Virus record (IMG/VR): IMGVR_UViG_3300024264_000006
Location: 1-64,000 of that record
DNA: 64,000 bases
Origin: a virus
Strand: one strand, 5' to 3'
Shown here: positions 58,354 through 64,000 of the stretch, piece after piece
Numbering within the stretch: position 1 is the first letter of the stretch
Layout of the letters: every line of letters begins with the position of its first letter
Made by a program: the position numbers and the translations under genes
Notes under the pieces: generated by a model
Databases searched by the model: none
Seen by the model: only the letters and a program-made list of their open reading frames with translations
Told to the model about the DNA's origin: nothing

Positions 58354-59249
58354 TTTATAATACTTCTCATTTCATTTTCATATTTCACTGCTTTGTATTT
58401 ACTATGACCCAGCAGTTCATTGGGTCTGTTTAACCACCACCAGATATCTCTACCAAACTGTTTAACCTGTTCTGGTGAGTGGTCAGGATTAATTCTTATT
58501 GCATGATTGGTGTGGTATTTAGTTACTCCCTCTTTACTGATCACTGCAAGAGGTTTAGCGAAGTTCTTTGCAACGTAATGCCACATACCATCATAACAAA
58601 GCACGAGTCTACATGTAGATATGTGATATACAACTTCTCTTACAGGAGTTCTGTAACACAACTCAACTACATCTAATCCCGCTCGGCGTAGTTTCTGTAT
58701 TATAACATCCCAATCAAGCTTTGTCAACTTAGTTTTCCAGTCTCTTGGTTTTTCCGCATTGAACAGTGGTGTCCAGATTACAACCTTATTTCTTACTGTA
58801 TCTCTGAATGCTTCTTTTCGAAACAACCAATCATTGTCCGGAGACCTGTCACCTTTCCCGTCTGAAAATCTACCATTCTCAAACCAGAAACGAGCCTTCC
58901 AATCGCTGGTGTCTTCACCTCTTTCTTTCGGGTGCATGATTCTTTTGATTGAATTTTCAACCACAACGTCATCATCATACTTCCAATCAGTATATCTATC
59001 ACCAGAATAAAAGACGTGCGAAACCTCTACATCATCTTTCTTCGCATAAAGCGAGTGGATGTAGTCCATTCTTTCTATAATAGTTTCGGGGTCTTCGAAG
59101 TGATGTAAGTGATCTGGGCCATGTTCCCAGTGCATCTCTAAGTTGACTTTTATTTTCTGGGTGTGGGCGTGAAGGTGGACACAGTTAAGCGCCCACATGA
59201 AATCACCTACGCCAGGAGTTCCTCTCCACGTCACCTTTTCCATAACCAT
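58350..59249 (-). CDS. GT-B/GT9-like glycosyltransferase
   Basis: 'PGVGDF','I..C.LVL.YDG.WH.VA..F.KP..VI'. Confidence 0.55.
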   Translation of the reverse strand: MVMEKVTWRGTPGVGDFMWALNCVHLHAHTQKIKVNLEMHWEHGPDHLHHFEDPETIIERMDYIHSLYAKKDDVEVSHVFYSGDRYTDWKYDDDVVVENSIKRIMHPKERGEDTSDWKARFWFENGRFSDGKGDRSPDNDWLFRKEAFRDTVRNKVVIWTPLFNAEKPRDWKTKLTKLDWDVIIQKLRRAGLDVVELCYRTPVREVVYHISTCRLVLCYDGMWHYVAKNFAKPLAVISKEGVTKYHTNHAIRINPDHSPEQVKQFGRDIWWWLNRPNELLGHSKYKAVKYENEMRSIIK

Positions 59250-59260
59250 ATTTCATCCTG

Positions 59261-59590
59261 TTACCTGCCTTTACTAAATGCTTGTGCACCAAAGAATGCA
59301 GCCACAATACCAGCAACCGCTACAAAGTATGTAGGGGCCATATCACCTAGTGTTTTTGCTGCTTGATCTAGACCCACAAGTGAGGCAATTACCACCGCAA
59401 ACGGATACAACAATAAACCAAACAAGGCGAACCATGTCATGTTACGTTGTGCATCTCGCATCGCATCTTGGTCATCAAGTTCTTTTCTCTTGAACTCAAG
59501 AAACATTGCATGTTCTTCATCGGAAACTTTTCCGTCCCCATTCGAATCTGCGGGATGGAATTCTTTCGTTTTTACTTCTTCTTCTGCCAT
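59261..59590 (-). CDS. EF-hand-loop two-TM membrane protein (holin-like)
   Basis: 'DSNGDGKVSDEE' plus two hydrophobic helices. Confidence 0.6.
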   Translation of the reverse strand: MAEEEVKTKEFHPADSNGDGKVSDEEHAMFLEFKRKELDDQDAMRDAQRNMTWFALFGLLLYPFAVVIASLVGLDQAAKTLGDMAPTYFVAVAGIVAAFFGAQAFSKGR

Positions 59591-61149
59591 TAGAATACCC
59601 TTATGTTATATTTACTTTGCCAAAGTTTGGCATCTGCTTCATCATCTACCATTGGTCTCCCACGGATGTTCAAGCTAGTATTTAGTAACATTGGCACTCC
59701 AGTGCGCTCATAATATTCTTCTATAATCTTTCTGAATATAGACTGACAATCTTTACGTACAACCTGTACACGTGCGGTTCCATCTATGTGGGTCACGGAC
59801 TTATAGTCATGTAACGCTTTGGCTGTAAACTGCATGTATTCATTCGTTGGCCCTTCAAAGTACTCATCGACGTACTCTTCAAGAATGGCGGGGGCGAAAG
59901 GTCGGTACTTCTGCCTTCGTTTGATTTCGTTCACTGTATCTTTGACATCATATCGGACATCTGCAATTAGGGATCGATTACCTAATGCACGTGGGCCAAA
60001 CTCTGCACGTCCATTTGCAACACCGCATACTTTGTCTGATAACAAGTAATCTACAACCTCTGTTGGGTTGATCTCACGGTCAATATTAGTCCCCATGTAT
60101 GGAGTCCAGATTAGTTTGTTTCCACCAGTCTCTTCTGCCCAAGTCTTGGCAGCTGCACCAAGAGAAGACCCTGAGTCTGCGGGGGCGAGTGCAATATGCA
60201 CCTCATCAAACAGTTCGTGAAGTAGACTGTTGACCACAACATTCTGTGCACACCCTCCGGAGTAAACTAACTTCGATCCGTGATTACGTGCCTCACGCAT
60301 GATCTCCATGATAGCCTTTTCTGTAAACTTCTGTACAGATGCGGCTGCGTTCTCCGGTGTTGTTGCTTGGCACCTTTTGTGGAGTGCATGAACGAAAGAC
60401 ATTCTCATTTTTTCTCTTGCGGAATACTCTGAGGATATCTTGATACCCTTCATAAGTTCTTGCGCTTCGTCTGTGAATTGGTGATACTGTTCGTAAATCC
60501 AATCTGAGAACTCATCCTCTCCGTAGGAACTTAGTCCCATAACAACATACTCATCCTCAAAGGGACGTAGTTTAAGGGCCTTTGTAACTATACTGTAGAT
60601 AATCCCAATTGACTTAGGATAGTGCCACTCTTTGATTATGTTGAATTTGGAGTCCATGATAACGGAACACTGGACTTCTCCAGCACCATCTATAGACACA
60701 CATACAGTATCGTCCATAGAGTCCCAAGGGCGAGTGTACAGTGCGCCTGCACAATGAGATTCGTGATGTAAATGAAAATCATCGTATACTAGAGATTCAT
60801 GTTGAGGAACCCTGGCAGTATACTTTTCGATATCATCATCAGTTTTCCACTTTGCAAAGTGTCTGCCTTCAGGGTCAAAAAATTGGCTGCGGTTTTCCTC
60901 ATCTCTGACACCACCACTTACGTTGATTCCACCACGCTTACCAAACTTCAAGTCCCAATCTTCATAGAAGGAAATTTTTTCGTCTGATTTTTGGCCGACA
61001 AAATCCCAGAGTTTATCTGGGATCACCGCATCATTTTTTTTCTTTGACCAACGTTCTGCATGTGAAGCATAAGAGACAGTACCATCTTCTTCGATAACAC
61101 TGACTCCCGCATCATGATAGAACTCTGAGAATCCTACATATCGTGTCAT
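59590..61149 (-). CDS. carbamoyltransferase (NodU/CmcH family)
   Basis: 'HDAG','HHESH','SIDGAGE','VMGLSSYG','SGGCAQN','EFGPRALGNRS','RPFAP','LLNTSLN'. Confidence 0.92.
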   Translation of the reverse strand: MTRYVGFSEFYHDAGVSVIEEDGTVSYASHAERWSKKKNDAVIPDKLWDFVGQKSDEKISFYEDWDLKFGKRGGINVSGGVRDEENRSQFFDPEGRHFAKWKTDDDIEKYTARVPQHESLVYDDFHLHHESHCAGALYTRPWDSMDDTVCVSIDGAGEVQCSVIMDSKFNIIKEWHYPKSIGIIYSIVTKALKLRPFEDEYVVMGLSSYGEDEFSDWIYEQYHQFTDEAQELMKGIKISSEYSAREKMRMSFVHALHKRCQATTPENAAASVQKFTEKAIMEIMREARNHGSKLVYSGGCAQNVVVNSLLHELFDEVHIALAPADSGSSLGAAAKTWAEETGGNKLIWTPYMGTNIDREINPTEVVDYLLSDKVCGVANGRAEFGPRALGNRSLIADVRYDVKDTVNEIKRRQKYRPFAPAILEEYVDEYFEGPTNEYMQFTAKALHDYKSVTHIDGTARVQVVRKDCQSIFRKIIEEYYERTGVPMLLNTSLNIRGRPMVDDEADAKLWQSKYNIRVF

Positions 61150-61758
61150 TTAACCCTCTAGATATTCATAGATGTCTTTCCACCCTTTCATGAGTGGCAA
61201 TTCATTTCTATGCATGTTATAACCATGTTCCATTATAACACTATCTAGTCCGGCCTTATCTCCGGCTAATGCGTTTTCTACTTTATCTTCAACCCAGAGG
61301 TATTCAGTATCCTTGTACTCCGCAAGGGCTTCGTCCTTGTCAGCACCAGTGTCTAAGTAGACATACTTTTCAAACGCAGTCTCTCCAAACAACTTTTTAA
61401 GGTTTTGAGTTCTGAGTTCTCCCGCATGGGGATCAAGACTCAAACTAGTAATCGCATGGAATACGTATCCATACTCTTCATGCAGTTTTCTTACATAGTG
61501 GATAGCGTCTCTAAGGGGTGGTAAAAACCCAATAGCTGCACTCTCATTAAACTGTCTTACGAGTCTCTTACTCGCTTCTTTCTCAATACCATATGCTTTG
61601 TGGACAGTATAAACGTCCTCAACTTTCTTATGTCCATGCTGTTCCATCCAAATGTTAAACGCATAACCCCAGTTAAGGAGTACACCGTCAACATCTGTCA
61701 GAATTACTTTTTCGTAATCTGCTTTGCTCATTTTCCTTGTTTCCATAATAACTCCCAC
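61150..61758 (-). CDS. HAD-superfamily phosphatase/5'-nucleotidase
   Basis: 'LTDVDGVL','AITS','WVEDK..NA'. Confidence 0.8.
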   Translation of the reverse strand: MGVIMETRKMSKADYEKVILTDVDGVLLNWGYAFNIWMEQHGHKKVEDVYTVHKAYGIEKEASKRLVRQFNESAAIGFLPPLRDAIHYVRKLHEEYGYVFHAITSLSLDPHAGELRTQNLKKLFGETAFEKYVYLDTGADKDEALAEYKDTEYLWVEDKVENALAGDKAGLDSVIMEHGYNMHRNELPLMKGWKDIYEYLEG

Positions 61759-61768
61759 TTACTAATAT

Positions 61769-61800
61769 ATTATAGTGCATATCGGGAGTTTTGGCAAGCG
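61769..61800 (-). promoter_or_regulatory. sigma70-like early promoter
   Basis: CGC-TTGCCA-17-TATAAT. Confidence 0.75.
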
Positions 61801-61802
61801 TT

Positions 61803-62654
61803 TTATTTAAATATTTTGAACTTCTTTTCGTTGTAATGGTTGATCATATCGACCTTCCATTCACCGCCAGTGTAGTGACACATCTTAGCCTTTTCAAAGA
61901 ATTCTTCTTCAGTCGCATAGTGCGGGGAATCATTCCATGTCTGGTCTAGGATTAGATTGAGGTCAAAGTCATGTTTGACAAACTGACCTGATAGGTAGGG
62001 TTGATCGTTCATTAGGGACATATGTATCTGAGGCCCTTCAAAGTACCATTCTTTCCAATCATCAAACACCTTACGTGCACGTAGGCGAGCCTGTTTAGAC
62101 CAAACCACTACTCCAGTATTCATTATCTGAATTTTACTTGGTCGGTTTGGATGCATAGCGGGTGTGATGGGTATGCCGTGATGTTGGAACTTTCTGACTT
62201 GATCGTTGTAGGTACTCTCTTTGTAGTCCCAACCATTATATCCACCACCACTGGCAGTCCGGATATCACTTTCTAGAATACCTGTCACATCCCCCTCGTG
62301 GATATCAAAGATACTCTCATCGGTGTTTACTACAATATCAGTATCCGCAAAGAACACGTTGTCGTATTCATCAAAGATAGGATCGTAGATTAACCGTAGA
62401 CATTCAAAGAGACATACTGTGGTGTCCCTCTCATACTCATCTTTGGTATACACCGCTTGGTCTGAATACAAGTAATCAGCACCAATCTTATCGGCATATA
62501 TCTCAAACGATTTACGAGAGATGTTAGCACATTCACTATAAATCTTAGAACGTGATTGTCCTAAGATAGGCCCTCTCTGTTCATCCAGATCGGGGTTGAG
62601 GATCATGTACTGAAATATCAAGTTTTTCACTGATCCTTCTTTTTCCTTCGACAT
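61803..62654 (-). CDS. GT8-like glycosyltransferase (alternative GTG start 62630)
   Basis: 'VFFADTDI','MNTGVVVW','DQPYL','WN','HYTG'. Confidence 0.8.
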   Translation of the reverse strand: MSKEKEGSVKNLIFQYMILNPDLDEQRGPILGQSRSKIYSECANISRKSFEIYADKIGADYLYSDQAVYTKDEYERDTTVCLFECLRLIYDPIFDEYDNVFFADTDIVVNTDESIFDIHEGDVTGILESDIRTASGGGYNGWDYKESTYNDQVRKFQHHGIPITPAMHPNRPSKIQIMNTGVVVWSKQARLRARKVFDDWKEWYFEGPQIHMSLMNDQPYLSGQFVKHDFDLNLILDQTWNDSPHYATEEEFFEKAKMCHYTGGEWKVDMINHYNEKKFKIFK

Positions 62655-62745
62655 TATGTATTTTCCTTACGTATCCTTCTTTTGAATACTGTTTATGTTT
62701 ATTCCGCTTTTTATTGCGGGAATCATATCGGCTGTATTTAGCCAT
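62581..62745 (-). CDS. small basic hypothetical protein (54 aa, not in ORF track)
   Basis: MAKYSRYDSRNKKRNKHK... Confidence 0.45.
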   Translation of the reverse strand: MAKYSRYDSRNKKRNKHKQYSKEGYVRKIHNVEGKRRISEKLDISVHDPQPRSG

Positions 62746-62767
62746 GGCCGGTCAGACCCTCTTGCTG

Positions 62768-62905
62768 CTAAGAAACTGTGTAATTAATAATGGATGTTGT
62801 ACTAAACATAACAAACATTGCGGCTGCAATTAAAAAAACTGGGTAGACGCAATTTGCCAATAATGGATTTTTTTCTATCCATTTTTCAAAATCTTTTTCG
62901 TTCAC
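62768..62905 (-). CDS. small single-TM protein (45 aa, not in ORF track), holin candidate
   Basis: GTGA overlap with lysozyme stop; 'CVYPVFLIAAAMFVMF'. Confidence 0.45.
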   Translation of the reverse strand: MNEKDFEKWIEKNPLLANCVYPVFLIAAAMFVMFSTTSIINYTVS

Positions 62906-63360
62906 ACCTGTTCCATTCGGGACATCAATCTTTCTGCCCTGTTTGTGACCTGTCTATACCAACGACTATCACGTCCTTCCACTGCAGCTGTCTTCCAATC
63001 GCCTTCTGTCACGGCTGCATTGAATTTTTTAAAACCACTGAGACGTGTGCGTCCCATGTTGAACATCATATTAACCAAGACTTGCTGGACTTCTGAGGGT
63101 AACTCACCAAACTCCCGTTCTCCGTATAGAGCGAAACATTCTGAGATGGCAATATCAAGGTCTCCATCGAAACAACTCCTAACTCTTTCTTCACTGACTG
63201 CTGTACCAATTGGCCTTCCGTGTTCCTCGTCACTTTCTTTGATAAGGTGACCGACTCCAAAGGTAGCGTACCCAAGATGGTCGTTATAGATGACATATTC
63301 TACTCCTTCGTCGATTTTTAATTGTTCAAATATCGCTTCTTTTGTTTGTTCAGTTATCAT
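62902..63360 (-). CDS. T4-type lysozyme (GH24) endolysin
   Basis: 'LK.DEG....IY.DHLGY.TFGVGHL','LVNM.FNMG','SRWY.Q..NRA.R'. Confidence 0.9.
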   Translation of the reverse strand: MITEQTKEAIFEQLKIDEGVEYVIYNDHLGYATFGVGHLIKESDEEHGRPIGTAVSEERVRSCFDGDLDIAISECFALYGEREFGELPSEVQQVLVNMMFNMGRTRLSGFKKFNAAVTEGDWKTAAVEGRDSRWYRQVTNRAERLMSRMEQV

Positions 63361-64000
63361 TTGTTACTCCTAACATTTCTTTCGTCATGATGTAGTCACG
63401 TACAAAATCAGACCGTACAATGTCTGCCCACGTGAAGTTCACCGTTGTGAAGTTATTTAGGTGATCTATTACGTTAAGAAATTTCGCAAGACCACTTTTA
63501 TCATTGGACTTGACAAAATCACTCTGGTAATAATCACCACAAAAAATAATCCTACAGTTCTGACCCACTCGTGTAATTATCGAATCCAACTCATGGAATG
63601 TCAAGTTTTGCATTTCGTCTACAACTAACACGCAGTCGGTAAACGTAAGTCCACGTAGAAAAGATGTGGATGAGAATTCAATGAGGTTTTGTTTGGTCAA
63701 CTTATCATACGCTAGCGTATCGTCAAACAGTTCAGAACAGATTGCTCGATAGGGGCCTGTATATGCATCTACTTTCTCTTCGATACTGCCAGGCAGAAAC
63801 CCTATTTCACGGGTAGGTACAATAGAACGAACTACCACCACCCTTTCGATGACGGGGTTACCTTTGTCTAACGCTTGTTCTAACGCCAAGTATAAAGCGG
63901 AGAAGGTTTTACCCGTACCCGCACTTCCAGCCATTACAATATGATTCCCTTCATCCCATGACTTATACACCGTCTCTTGTGCGGCGGTGATCGGTTCGAA
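63350..64000 (-). CDS. phoH: PhoH-family protein (5' end outside window)
   Basis: 'GSAGTGKT','EIGFLPG...EK','FLRG.TF','VDEMQN','TRVG','GD..QSD'. Confidence 0.93.
   Translation of the reverse strand, partial: FEPITAAQETVYKSWDEGNHIVMAGSAGTGKTFSALYLALEQALDKGNPVIERVVVVRSIVPTREIGFLPGSIEEKVDAYTGPYRAICSELFDDTLAYDKLTKQNLIEFSSTSFLRGLTFTDCVLVVDEMQNLTFHELDSIITRVGQNCRIIFCGDYYQSDFVKSNDKSGLAKFLNVIDHLNNFTTVNFTWADIVRSDFVRDYIMTKEMLGVTNDN

Noticed and set aside
46283-62654. DNA hypermodification pathway
   Set aside because: No recognisable hydroxymethylase, thymidylate synthase or DNA-base transferase in the window, and the enzymes resemble glycan tailoring families; not fully excluded.
1-64000. Numerous short antisense or nested ORFs in the supplied track (e.g. 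9385..9645, 23941..24444, 26518..27105, 33962..34288, 35460..35912)
   Set aside because: They lie opposite or inside well-supported genes and show no motifs; treated as shadow ORFs.
1-64000. tRNA, rRNA, introns, inteins, mobile elements or stop-codon reassignment
   Set aside because: Intergenic gaps are very short and are explained by promoters or small ORFs; core genes are intact under the standard code. I saw no such elements by eye; a covariance-model scan was not run.

Overview
A 64-kb segment of a T4-like myophage genome, probably marine with a proteobacterial host (inferred from gene content). About 1-37.2 kb is the virion module: fibres, a DUF4815-type protein, baseplate gp8/9/7/6/25/5/27/53/48, gp4, gp2, gp54, gp26/gp51 and a tape measure-like gene. 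About 37.7-46 kb holds gp32, two 2OG-Fe(II) oxygenases, gp33, small early genes and ribosomal protein bS21. About 46-62.7 kb is a dense cluster of glycosyl-, sulfo-, methyl- and carbamoyltransferases, a radical SAM enzyme, a diiron protein, a GATase and a cupin, with spanins and a holin-like gene interspersed. A lysozyme and a truncated phoH end the window. Main observations: (1) two paralogous fibre proteins are built from tetrapeptides whose two halves are self-complementary in a fixed antiparallel register (i+j=1387 over about 423 residues per arm; i+j=1081 in the paralogue), which implies giant protein hairpins with a pairing code, compensatory duplications and one branched tip; (2) a D-S-(A/D/S/G) motif recurs in baseplate and fibre proteins alongside late-promoter glycan enzymes, suggesting phage-encoded virion glycosylation; (3) a candidate -1 frameshift joins gp26 and gp51; (4) a split gp5 locus carries three apparently inactive peptidoglycan-hydrolase domains. 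All assignments come from motif recognition by eye; no database searches were run.
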